From an uncultured Bacteroidales bacterium (GTDB taxonomy: Bacteria; Bacteroidota; Bacteroidia; Bacteroidales; FEN-979): a stretch of 64,000 nt of DNA. The notes under the pieces are model-generated. The model was not told the DNA's origin. It was given only the letters and a program-made list of their open reading frames with translations, and did not search any database. The stretch is taken from NCBI GenBank assembly GCA_903926565.1, contig CAIYJU010000135.1:6751-70750 (forward strand), written 5' to 3'. The position numbers and the translations under genes were made by a program. Below are positions 33,580 to 42,668 of this stretch, piece after piece (position 1 is the stretch's first letter; every line of letters begins with the position of its first letter).

Positions 33580-36061
33580 CGACTCTCACCGGCCTGAAGG
33601 CCGGTGCTGAATGAAACTCTGTAATTACTACCACCATCTTTGCCTTCATGGCCGAAGAAGAGACCTCCCGTTCCATCTTGAACATGATGTGCTTGATGAA
33701 ATAGTTCATAATCCTGGAGACCATGGGGAATTCGGGCCCGAGGATTCGCTTTCCAAAGTTCTTTCGCAGCAATTTCGCCAGTTCATCCGCTGCCTTGTTC
33801 AGCAATTCCGGATCTTTGTGTTTCAGCTTAAGCAGTACCAGGCGCGTGTATGGCGGATACTTGAATTTCTGCCGCTCCACGAGCTGTTTTTTATACATTG
33901 CCAGAAAATCATTGTTTACAACATCCCTGATCACCGGGTGGCTGGCATTGTAGGTTTGAATGATCACCCTGCCCTGCTTGTATTTGCGACCCGAACGTCC
34001 GCTCACCTGTGCCATCATCTGGTAACTTCGTTCTGCTGCCCTGAAATCCGGATAACTGAGCATGTTGTCGGCATTCAGGATGCATACGAGGCTTACATTG
34101 TCAAAATCGAGACCCTTGGTGACCATTTGGGTACCCACAAGAACATCAATTTTCCGGGCTTCAAAATCGGCAATGATCTGTTGCAGTGAATGTTTGCTGC
34201 GGGTAGTGTCGAGATCCATCCGCGCAATGCGGGCCTTTGGAAAGATCAACCCCAGTTCTTCCTCCACTTTTTCGGTACCAAATCCCTTCATTTTAACATG
34301 AACGCCATGGCATTCAGGACATTTATCAGGTATTCCCGCAACATACCCGCAATAATGGCAGCGGAGCTGGTTGTTTTTTTTATGATAGACGAGGGTAACA
34401 TCACAGTTTTTACAGGAGGGCATCCAGTGGCAAAGATCACATTCAAGGCGAAGTGAAAACCCACGCCGGTTCTGAAACAGGATGGCCTGTTCGCCATTTT
34501 CAAGCGCTTTTTCCAGTTGACCGAGCAACGAAGAAGAAAAATGACTTTTCATCAATCCCCGTCGCAACGCCTCCTTTATATCCACGATCTGGATTTGGGG
34601 CATCTCCATCTTTCCATAGCGCTCAAACAGTTCAACGAGTCCATACTTGCCTTGTGTTGTTGCATTAAAATAACTCTCCACGGAGGGTGTGGCAGAGCCG
34701 AGCAGGGTTTTTGCCCCATGCAGGTGCGCCAGGTAGATGGCCGCATCACGGCCATTATAGCGCGGAGCCGGATCCATCTGCTTGAAAGAGGGGTCGTGCT
34801 CCTCATCAACCACCACCAGTCCCAGGTTTGAAAAGGGTAAAAAAAGAGATGAGCGTGCACCAAGGATGATATCATACTTTCTCACGGTCGCATCGCCGGT
34901 GGGGTCGTACCCAAGTACGGCCCGCCAGGTTTCAACCCGTTCATGCAGGTTAAACCGTGAATGATAAACTCCGACCCGATCGCCAAAATATTTACGCAAC
35001 CTGCTGATTATTTGCGTTGTAAGGGCAATTTCAGGTAACATGAACAAAACCTGCTTACCCTCGTCAATCGTCTCACGGATCAGTTTGATATATAGCTCAG
35101 TCTTGCCGCTCGATGTAACCCCGTGCAGTAATACGACATCTTTCGTTTCAAACGATTTTCTGATCGAAGCCAGTGCATCCTGCTGACCACTGGTAAGCTC
35201 AATCAGTTCGGAATCAGACTCCTGTCCCTCGGCATCAAATCTGCTAACGGTTTTCTGGTATGATTCGAATACCCCCTTTCCAATGAGGATATCAAGCTGG
35301 GCAGCAGTTCCCTTTGCCTGTTTAAGGAGATCCTGCCGTTTCACCTCAATTATCTTTCCAAATCCAAAGCCTGATATCCTGAAAAATGCCATGACCATCT
35401 CAAGCTGTTTCTTCGCTCTTTTTTCAAGCTGGTCGAACAGCGTCTTCACTGCCTCCTCATCTTCCAGGTATTCCGGAGCCAGCCTTATAAACACTTCCCG
35501 CTTTGGTTTGTACGGGTCAGTAAGTTCCTCCTCAGGAACAATAAACCCTTTTTCGATCAGGGTCTTGATAACCGGAATGGTCTTCTGCAGGTCAAGGATT
35601 TTTGAAACCTCAGATATGGCAAGGCTTTTGCGATGATGCAGCGCTTCAACGAGAAGCAGCTCCTTTTCATTCAGGGATGAAAAATCATCGGGAAGCACGG
35701 GGTTTAATGCGATTTTAGATTCGCTGGCAAGTTTTAAAGCCGACGGCATCGCCGCATTCATCACCTCACCGGGAAAGCAGAGGTAATACCCGGCAAGCCA
35801 ATCCCAGAAACTTCGCTGAACAGGGGTAACAATCGGGTTTTCATCAAGGATCGAGAGAATATATTTCGGAACATGGGTTTGAGGGGGATGCTCATGAACC
35901 AGGATGACCATGGCCGTATAAATTTTACGGGCTCCGAATTGCACTACCACGCGCACCCCTTCCTTCACCTGCTCATTCAGGTCGAAAGGTACGCGGTAGG
36001 TGAAAGTTCCACCTACCGGCAGCGGCAATGAAACGTCGGCAAACAGGGTGATCCGTTCCAA
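33557..36061 (-). CDS. priA: primosomal protein N' (replication restart helicase PriA)
   Basis: 834 aa. Walker A GVTSSGKT, DEEHD box, and Cys-rich zinc region CDLCHW..CKNCD...CHYCG...CPEC. Converges on and overlaps the ftsB-like gene by 23 nt. Confidence 0.93.
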   Translation of the reverse strand: MERITLFADVSLPLPVGGTFTYRVPFDLNEQVKEGVRVVVQFGARKIYTAMVILVHEHPPQTHVPKYILSILDENPIVTPVQRSFWDWLAGYYLCFPGEVMNAAMPSALKLASESKIALNPVLPDDFSSLNEKELLLVEALHHRKSLAISEVSKILDLQKTIPVIKTLIEKGFIVPEEELTDPYKPKREVFIRLAPEYLEDEEAVKTLFDQLEKRAKKQLEMVMAFFRISGFGFGKIIEVKRQDLLKQAKGTAAQLDILIGKGVFESYQKTVSRFDAEGQESDSELIELTSGQQDALASIRKSFETKDVVLLHGVTSSGKTELYIKLIRETIDEGKQVLFMLPEIALTTQIISRLRKYFGDRVGVYHSRFNLHERVETWRAVLGYDPTGDATVRKYDIILGARSSLFLPFSNLGLVVVDEEHDPSFKQMDPAPRYNGRDAAIYLAHLHGAKTLLGSATPSVESYFNATTQGKYGLVELFERYGKMEMPQIQIVDIKEALRRGLMKSHFSSSLLGQLEKALENGEQAILFQNRRGFSLRLECDLCHWMPSCKNCDVTLVYHKKNNQLRCHYCGYVAGIPDKCPECHGVHVKMKGFGTEKVEEELGLIFPKARIARMDLDTTRSKHSLQQIIADFEARKIDVLVGTQMVTKGLDFDNVSLVCILNADNMLSYPDFRAAERSYQMMAQVSGRSGRKYKQGRVIIQTYNASHPVIRDVVNNDFLAMYKKQLVERQKFKYPPYTRLVLLKLKHKDPELLNKAADELAKLLRKNFGKRILGPEFPMVSRIMNYFIKHIMFKMEREVSSSAMKAKMVVVITEFHSAPAFRPVRVVMDVDPQ

Positions 36062-36080
36062 TTAAAGAAGAGTTAAAGCT

Positions 36081-37061
36081 TTACAGGGCAAGGATGCGCG
36101 ACATCTCGAGCATCTCTTTATTGATATCTTTATGGTGTTTTATTGCCTTCTCAAACGGTGTAAATACAACCTCTTTATTGACAATTCCGGCCATCTCGCC
36201 GCGATGCCCTCCCAGCAACCCTTTCACGGCAATATATCCAAGCGTGCTGGCAAGTACCCGGTCGAACCCGCTGGGAGAACCTCCACGCTGAATATGCCCC
36301 AGTATGGTTACCCTTGCATCCATTTCAGGAAGCCTCTCTTTGACCTGCTTAGCTATTTCATAAGCACCGCCGCTGTCGTCCCCTTCTGCAACAATGACAA
36401 TGCCCGATGTTTTGCTTTTCCGCCAGTCATGCTTCAGCAATCGCGTAAAATTGTCGATATAGGTCGTGGTTTCCGGCACCAGGATGAATTCAGCACCGCA
36501 GGCAATGCCACTTCGCAGTGCGATGAAACCGGCATCGCGCCCCATCACCTCGATAAAAAAGAGCCTTTCGTGGGAATTCGCTGTATCCCTGATTTTATCG
36601 GCTGCCTCAACAACCGTATTCACGGCTGTATCGTAACCAATCGTGGCATCTGTTCCATAAAGGTCATTGTCGATGGTACCCGGCAATCCAATGATGGGAA
36701 AATCAAACTCCCTGTCAAAAATGGAGGCGCCGGTGAAGGTGCCGTTGCCACCAATCGCCACCAGTGCATCGATGTTGTGTTCACGGAGGTTGTTGTATGC
36801 CTGCAGTCTGCCGTTGTACTCCATGAAGCGCTTGCTGCGTGCGGTTTTCAGAACGGTCCCTCCGCGCTGGACGATGTTCGACACCGAGCTGCTGTACAGC
36901 TGCTCGATCTGGTTGTCGATCATACCTTCATACCCGCGGTAGATTCCAAAAACATCGAGCCCGCTGAAAATTGCTGTACGTACCACCGCCCTGATGGCGG
37001 CATTCATCCCTGGGGAGTCGCCTCCGGAGGTCATGATTCCGATTCTGGTTATTTGAGACAT
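36081..37061 (-). CDS. pfkA: ATP-dependent 6-phosphofructokinase
   Basis: 326 aa. IGIMTSGGDSPGMNAAIRAVV, GLPGTIDNDL, and LGHIQRGG. Confidence 0.95.
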   Translation of the reverse strand: MSQITRIGIMTSGGDSPGMNAAIRAVVRTAIFSGLDVFGIYRGYEGMIDNQIEQLYSSSVSNIVQRGGTVLKTARSKRFMEYNGRLQAYNNLREHNIDALVAIGGNGTFTGASIFDREFDFPIIGLPGTIDNDLYGTDATIGYDTAVNTVVEAADKIRDTANSHERLFFIEVMGRDAGFIALRSGIACGAEFILVPETTTYIDNFTRLLKHDWRKSKTSGIVIVAEGDDSGGAYEIAKQVKERLPEMDARVTILGHIQRGGSPSGFDRVLASTLGYIAVKGLLGGHRGEMAGIVNKEVVFTPFEKAIKHHKDINKEMLEMSRILAL

Positions 37062-37087
37062 GTTGGTTGAGTTTTGTTTTGATTCTC

Positions 37088-37399
37088 CTATTCCGAAATG
37101 GTCAAATTTATCTGTTTGCCAAATCCAATTTCGACAAGCCGATAAAGGGTTGAAAGTTGAATGTCGCTATGTCCATTTTCTATCCGTGAAATGAAACTTT
37201 TTCGTGTTCCAGTCTTAACAGCAAGTTCTTCCTGAGTCATTTTTGCTTGTTTTCTGCCATCTCTAATGATTTCTCCAATAGCAAACGCTTTTGCTTTAAT
37301 TTCAAACTCAGTCCGTTTTAAACTGCCTACCGGACCATACCGCTTTTCCAGGTGTTCATCGAATGATGTCAATTCCATCTTAATATTTGTCACTTTCAT
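37088..37399 (-). CDS. XRE-family helix-turn-helix protein (HigA-antitoxin-like)
   Basis: 103 aa. MTQEELAVKTGTRKSFISRIENG is a Cro/C1-type HTH. No partner toxin ORF is visible upstream. Confidence 0.78.
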   Translation of the reverse strand: MKVTNIKMELTSFDEHLEKRYGPVGSLKRTEFEIKAKAFAIGEIIRDGRKQAKMTQEELAVKTGTRKSFISRIENGHSDIQLSTLYRLVEIGFGKQINLTISE

Positions 37400-37509
37400 T
37401 TAAAAAGAGAATGTTACGCTTTCGATCCTTCCGACAAAGTTAACGAATAATGTAACAAGATGGAAACTTACAACATTAATTTCCAGATCCTGCTATTACC
37501 AAATTAGTG

Positions 37510-38172
37510 TCAAGGTGTACCGAACATAAAGCCAAATAACAGAACAGTCGAATTGGTTTTCAGCTCTTTATATTTTGAATACAAGGGCAGCAGGCTAAGG
37601 TTGTTTCTTGCTTCAAATGTCAGCGTGAAACTTTGTTTTATTTCAACAGCAAGCCCCAATCCGAAAGATATCCCCATATCAAACTTATTGGTGTTGGGGG
37701 TGAAGGTATAGGTTGAATTGTCGGGTGTTTCAACAATCCCTTTTCCATGAACCATTACGCCAAAGTAAGGGCCAAGATTTGCGAAGAAGTTCACAGGATG
37801 GCCGGCATCAAACTGAATCAGCAGCGGCAGGGTTAAATAATCAAAATTTGAATGCCCCCGTCCTGAAACAGTTGCCTGCATGGTCTCGTCACTGTAATTC
37901 ACATCTTCCTGGATTTTCTCAACTTTTCGTTCAAATGATAAACCTGTTTTAAATGAGAGGTGTTTTATCAGTGCAGCCTGGAAGTTAAAACCGCAAGAGA
38001 ATGCAACTGCGGGTACGGTATGAAGAGGCCGGTATCTATCGCCGTATATTTCCGTGAGATTCGGGCCTGCTTCGATGCCGAATCTGAATTTCTTTATGGC
38101 CGCATCCTGTGCTCTTAATCCGATTGACAGCGTAACGGAGACGAGGATCGATAGAAAATATTTCAGCATCAT
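37510..38172 (-). CDS. outer-membrane beta-barrel (porin-family/OMP_b-brl_2-like) protein
   Basis: 220 aa. Signal peptide, alternating-hydrophobicity strands, and a C-terminal ...LLFGFMFGTP aromatic-rich end. Confidence 0.65.
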   Translation of the reverse strand: MMLKYFLSILVSVTLSIGLRAQDAAIKKFRFGIEAGPNLTEIYGDRYRPLHTVPAVAFSCGFNFQAALIKHLSFKTGLSFERKVEKIQEDVNYSDETMQATVSGRGHSNFDYLTLPLLIQFDAGHPVNFFANLGPYFGVMVHGKGIVETPDNSTYTFTPNTNKFDMGISFGLGLAVEIKQSFTLTFEARNNLSLLPLYSKYKELKTNSTVLLFGFMFGTP

Positions 38173-38283
38173 TGTTTAAGAATATTGGGACGCTTCGTTG
38201 CCAGCATGCTTAAATATTTCAAAATTTCACACACTGGTTTGATGGCGGTCGCCCGGCCCTTCAAGTTTTTGGATTCTGTTTTT

Positions 38284-38439
38284 CTACCTTATTATTGTAA
38301 AAAACATGGCTATAGATAATCCTGTCAAGAAATTCCTTGCAATAAAATCATCAAAAAACTGAAATTTAAAATATGCTGCGATCGTCGGAAACGCTATCGC
38401 GAGTGCAGTTACGATGTAACTTATTTGAAACTTCTTCAT
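38284..38439 (-). CDS. unlisted 51-aa putative membrane peptide (hypothetical)
   Basis: Hand translation: MKKFQISYIVTALAIAFPTIAAYFKFQFFDDFIARNFLTGLSIAMFFTIIR, stop TAG at 38286-38284. Two hydrophobic segments. Lies in the AT-rich islet. Confidence 0.25.
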   Translation of the reverse strand: MKKFQISYIVTALAIAFPTIAAYFKFQFFDDFIARNFLTGLSIAMFFTIIR

Positions 38440-38556
38440 TTTTGAAAATTTTTATTTATAAAAGAAGCAGTGTTATCAGTTAAAAATAAGCAAAGAGCAA
38501 AAAATTACACGAATCATATAATCTATGTTTGTATTATCCAAGCCATAACTCGCTTG

Positions 38557-39276
38557 CTATTTTGCATTTTCTTTTTGAATTATATTTTCTAAACCGAAAA
38601 GTTCAGCAACCAATTTATGAACCATTGTGCAAGGATTTTGAGTGGAATATTTGTATTGTCCGGCATATATTTTTTCAAGGTTTGTTGCATTCCTTATTGC
38701 ATTCTCACGGCTTCCGTGAGTTTCAACCAATGAAAACATTTCTGTACTGTTCTTTTTGTATTCGTAGTTTTTCAGCCCTTTCTTTTTAAAATTCCCTTCA
38801 ATTAAATCTTGATATTTTTTCCTGTTAATACCTGTATTGTAATAATGAAAGTGAAGAAGATACCAAAGTTCAAACGCTTCATTAGTCCATGCTGCTTCTA
38901 CCTTTGGGTTCTTGTTTAAACAAGTTTTTATAGCATTATTAAACGCCTTAGGTGTAAAACTATCCCGATCAAAAACAACCCAAAGTTTATCTATTTTTCT
39001 ATTTATTTCCTTTTCCCATTTTGATTTAAATTTTAAAGATCTTTTTACAAGAGATTCAGTATTGTATCCTTCTCCTTCAATTGAAAATTCACAAACATCT
39101 AAAACTCCTTTTGGCAGAGAGTCTCTTAATGATTTAAAATAATTGGGCTCCGTTTTTTTTCCTTCACAAACGATTAAAAAGAACCTTCGCTTAGATTTTG
39201 TTTCCTCTAAACGCTTTAGGTCTACTCGATTATGCACCTTTTTTATATGATTGGGAACTTTTATTTTTCTTGCCAT
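38557..39276 (-). CDS. RloB-like (Toprim-like) protein, partner of the upstream AAA ATPase
   Basis: 239 aa. RRFFLIVCEGKKTEPNYF is the RloB-family signature as I recall it. A later WVVFDRD gives an E...DxD Toprim-like pattern. The start overlaps the ATPase gene by 16 nt. Confidence 0.75.
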   Translation of the reverse strand: MARKIKVPNHIKKVHNRVDLKRLEETKSKRRFFLIVCEGKKTEPNYFKSLRDSLPKGVLDVCEFSIEGEGYNTESLVKRSLKFKSKWEKEINRKIDKLWVVFDRDSFTPKAFNNAIKTCLNKNPKVEAAWTNEAFELWYLLHFHYYNTGINRKKYQDLIEGNFKKKGLKNYEYKKNSTEMFSLVETHGSRENAIRNATNLEKIYAGQYKYSTQNPCTMVHKLVAELFGLENIIQKENAK

Positions 39277-40553
39277 TCCTTTATGATTTTTGAGATATCT
39301 CCGATATAAGGAATAGCACCATATCTTCCTTGAATGTAATCACTTTCAAAAGAACGGTCTTTACGAACCTTACTACCACCTTCTTCACGATATTCAACTA
39401 AAGAATACAGGTCCGACACTCCGTATTTATCCTTTTCAATTAGGTAGATCTGGTCTCTCCTATATTTGCCATATGAAAACAAGTTGGTATCGTGCGTAGT
39501 GAAAATTAGTTGCGCATTTTTTGCATTCTCTTTTACAGAATTGAATAATCGGGTTATGGCTAAGGTCATTAAAGGATGCAAACTTGAATCAAGTTCATCA
39601 ATCACTAAAACTCCTCCGTCTTGTAAAACATCAAATATAGGTCCAGAGATGTTAAATACTTTGTTTGTTCCCGCAGATTCCTGACTTCTCATATCAAATT
39701 CAACTTCTCCAATTTCTTTGTTTTTTTTGTCAAATTTTTTGTGACGCGTTTTAATTTTAAAACGGTAAGCACCTTCTAAATCCTTAATCAAAAGCCTAAC
39801 TATATTTTCAGGGGTGTCTTCAGGTATGCTTTTCGTGTTAAATTTTTCCTTATTGATTGATAAGCCATCAAAACCAAGATCTAAGTTGTCATAAAAATCT
39901 CCTAGTGATTTTGCCGTATTCTTGTTATCCAACATTTTAAAAGTGACCATTTCATAATTTTCATGTGTTAACCCTGAAATAGCAATGAAATTGCTAAACC
40001 ATTTCATTATTCTTTTGGCAATGAAACCATTAAATTGGTCAACAACCGATAGAAACAGCGCATTGTTTCTTGTTTTGTCCTCTAAATTTTGTCCCTCCTT
40101 ATATGATGGCGTAACTTCAATTCCATCACCTTGCCTAATGTAAAGAAGTTTTTCAGCGTTTTTTTTAGATTCATAAAGCCATTCACCAACAACTTCCTGG
40201 TCAGTTACTTCAAACCCATACCGATAACGAATACCAAGTATCTCAAATAATATTTCAAAGTATGAAGGACTTTTTTCCGTTTCAGAATTCAACAAAAAAG
40301 GAGTCACATCTAAAGATTTAGTGGATGATTGACTGAATGAAAACATTACAATCCGTTTCATTGTGCTCATTGCACGAATGAAGTTTGATTTCCCACTTGC
40401 ATTTGCACCATAGATAACTGCACCTTTAAGCAAAGTGTGTCTTTCAGAGATTACGATATTTTCTTTGTAGTCGCTTATACTTGAAGCTACTAAACTCAAA
40501 GTTTTCTTCTCCCGGAAAGAAAGGTAATTGCCGACACTAAATTCAAGTAGCAT
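39261..40553 (-). CDS. AAA_15/AAA_21-type (SMC/ABC-like) ATPase of abortive-infection type
   Basis: 430 aa. MLLEFSVGNYLSFREKKTL...GANASGKSNFIRAM (Walker A) and VLVIDELDSSLHP (Walker B plus D-loop). Confidence 0.85.
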   Translation of the reverse strand: MLLEFSVGNYLSFREKKTLSLVASSISDYKENIVISERHTLLKGAVIYGANASGKSNFIRAMSTMKRIVMFSFSQSSTKSLDVTPFLLNSETEKSPSYFEILFEILGIRYRYGFEVTDQEVVGEWLYESKKNAEKLLYIRQGDGIEVTPSYKEGQNLEDKTRNNALFLSVVDQFNGFIAKRIMKWFSNFIAISGLTHENYEMVTFKMLDNKNTAKSLGDFYDNLDLGFDGLSINKEKFNTKSIPEDTPENIVRLLIKDLEGAYRFKIKTRHKKFDKKNKEIGEVEFDMRSQESAGTNKVFNISGPIFDVLQDGGVLVIDELDSSLHPLMTLAITRLFNSVKENAKNAQLIFTTHDTNLFSYGKYRRDQIYLIEKDKYGVSDLYSLVEYREEGGSKVRKDRSFESDYIQGRYGAIPYIGDISKIIKEWQEK

Positions 40554-40800
40554 AATTGTTAATTATTTGAGATTATTTCGCAAATATAAATGAATTAATA
40601 AAACAACTGCCACATAATGAGATATATTCTCAAAATATAATCATTTTCACAGGTGGTATTATAAGCTATGAACTGAAAAGGTATGATCTCAAAGAAATTT
40701 ATTTCGATAATCAAACGGGTGCTTTGCACACCCTATCATAAATGAGCAACATAAGATGATTCCTATGGCAGAAATAAATCTTATAACACAAACTTCTGTT

Positions 40801-41304
40801 TTATTTCTCAATTAATTCGAGATTGTCAATCCATGCACCTCTTGTGGTTCCTACTAAAAATTTGATTTTCACCGCTGCCGAAGAAGCAGCTTCAAATGAA
40901 TAGGATTTCTGTGTCCATGAACCGTATTGCCCAAAACTTTCAGAAATTAAATTTGTGCTGCCCTGAACAACATAGATCAGGAAATCCCCTGCGCATAATC
41001 CGGGATCTCCGGAAGTGGAAGAATTAACTTTCCCGGTTAACTTCAACTCATAAACTTTCCCCTTTTGAACCGGAATCAGGTTTAAAGTCTCGAAATGGTA
41101 GCATTCTGTGATGCTGTCAAATTTTACCGAATTTACATCGATAACCGCTTTTCCTCCAACAGATTGGGTCCATGCATTCAGATCGGTCTGGCTTTCGAAC
41201 TTTGTACTGAAAATCGTTGTCGGAGCATCAGTTGAATCCTTTTTACAGGCATATAAAACGGTAATGATGCCAAATACCAGCAATAATAAATGTTTGTTTT
41301 TCAT
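40801..41304 (-). CDS. lipoprotein with jelly-roll/CBM-like domain (hypothetical)
   Basis: 167 aa. Lipobox LLVFGIITVLYAC. The C-terminal ...GAWIDNLELIE is reminiscent of CBM4/9-type folds. Confidence 0.6.
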   Translation of the reverse strand: MKNKHLLLLVFGIITVLYACKKDSTDAPTTIFSTKFESQTDLNAWTQSVGGKAVIDVNSVKFDSITECYHFETLNLIPVQKGKVYELKLTGKVNSSTSGDPGLCAGDFLIYVVQGSTNLISESFGQYGSWTQKSYSFEAASSAAVKIKFLVGTTRGAWIDNLELIEK

Positions 41305-41375
41305 GGGAGAGATGTTCGTTTAAAAAGTCTATAACTTATCGTCAGGTAATCTCTATACCTTTCATCCTTATAAAT

Positions 41376-42542
41376 TTAATCAATTACATCCTGATACCCT
41401 TTCCTCCCTGCAAACAGGTCAAACTTCAAAAACCGGCACTCCAGCGGGCCGTTGAACACCGGGATCCTGCGCGACGGGCGAAGGCCGATAAATTTGACTG
41501 ACTCCAGGTCGGAGGAGATCATCCAGGCGGTGTAGCCGGCAAATTTCCGCTTCATGGTGTCGCCGATCATCTTGTAAAACGCCAGTGAATCTTCAATTTC
41601 AAGCCGTTCATCATACGGGGGATTTGAAATGATGAATCCTTTTTCAAAGGGAGGCTGGCTGTCTTCGAATGATTTTACTTCGAGGGTGATATCCTCGTAG
41701 AGATTGGTAAACCTCAGGTTTTCACGTGCAGATTCTATGGCCCGTTCTGCCCTGTCGGAACCATGGATTTTCACTTTCAACGCAGTCGTGAGGGCATTGG
41801 CATCTGCCCTTACCTTCTCCCATAAGTCTGCGTCAAAATCACGCCATTTCATAAAACCCCACTCTTCACGGAAATAACCTGCCGGCATATTTTTCGCCAG
41901 CATGGCGGCCTCTATCAGCAGGGTTCCCGAGCCGCACATCGGGTCGAACAACGGGGTGTTGGCATCCCATCCTGAAAGTTTGATCAGCCCGGCCGCCAGG
42001 ACTTCATTGATCGGCGCCGGACCGGTGCTCTTACGATAGCCGCGACGGTGAAGCGACTGACCGGATGAATCAAGCGCCACCGTGCAGGCATCCTTAAAAA
42101 GATGAACATTGACCTTCAGATCAGGATGTTCAAGGTCAACCGATGGCCGGGTGCCCAGTTTGTCGCGCAACCTGTCAACAATGGCATCCTTCGACTTCTG
42201 TGCAACAAATTGCGAGTTGGTGAACACCGTATAGGAGATCACGGCATCGATGGCCAGGGAGTGTTCCGCATCGAGGTAGTCCTCCCAGGGGAACTCATAA
42301 ATTTTTTCATACAGGTCCTTTTGTTCAAGTATCTCAAAATGGAACAACGGTTTCAGTATCCGCAGGGCGGTACGGCAGGCATAATTGGCCTTGTACATCA
42401 TCTCCGTGTCGCCTGTAAAGGAGACTGCGCGGTTCAGCTTCATAGCGCCGGTTGCACCCAGGGCTTCGAGTTCAAGCACCAGCGCATCTTCCAGTCCTGA
42501 AATCGTCTTGGCTATTAATGGGAAGGTTGATTCTTTTTTCAC
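41376..42542 (-). CDS. THUMP-domain class I SAM-dependent RNA methyltransferase (RlmL/UPF0020-like)
   Basis: 388 aa. DPMCGSGTLLIEAA (motif I) and ISNPPYDERL (NPPY motif IV). Confidence 0.88.
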   Translation of the reverse strand: MKKESTFPLIAKTISGLEDALVLELEALGATGAMKLNRAVSFTGDTEMMYKANYACRTALRILKPLFHFEILEQKDLYEKIYEFPWEDYLDAEHSLAIDAVISYTVFTNSQFVAQKSKDAIVDRLRDKLGTRPSVDLEHPDLKVNVHLFKDACTVALDSSGQSLHRRGYRKSTGPAPINEVLAAGLIKLSGWDANTPLFDPMCGSGTLLIEAAMLAKNMPAGYFREEWGFMKWRDFDADLWEKVRADANALTTALKVKIHGSDRAERAIESARENLRFTNLYEDITLEVKSFEDSQPPFEKGFIISNPPYDERLEIEDSLAFYKMIGDTMKRKFAGYTAWMISSDLESVKFIGLRPSRRIPVFNGPLECRFLKFDLFAGRKGYQDVID

Positions 42543-42644
42543 AAGATTCGTTTTATCAGTAATTCTCTTTCATCGCGAAGGCATCCATGCCCCCACCGGG
42601 AGAAGTTGCATTTTTTTGGTGAATTTACGATTATTTTAAATTCT

Positions 42645-42652
42645 TACCTTTG
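42645..42652 (+). promoter_or_regulatory. candidate -7 box (TACCTTTG)
   Basis: TAnnTTTG match 17 nt before the ATG at 42669. A TTTG at 42615-42618 is a possible -33, but the spacing is long. Confidence 0.3.
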
Positions 42653-42668
42653 AAAAAAATCATTTTCC

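Noticed and set aside
33587-33606. Hairpin at the ftsB-like/priA junction as a bidirectional terminator
   Set aside because: It lies inside the last roughly 15 codons of priA, whose ...VVMDVDPQ end looks like a genuine PriA C-terminus, and it has no U-tract. It is reported only as a member of the hairpin family.
36132-37070. 312-aa plus-strand ORF
   Set aside because: It is antisense shadow of the strongly supported pfkA gene. The translation has no recognisable motifs.
37400-37509. Search for a HigB/RelE-type toxin partner upstream of the XRE HTH gene
   Set aside because: There is no ORF of any useful length on either strand in the 110-nt gap, so the HTH gene appears to be orphan.
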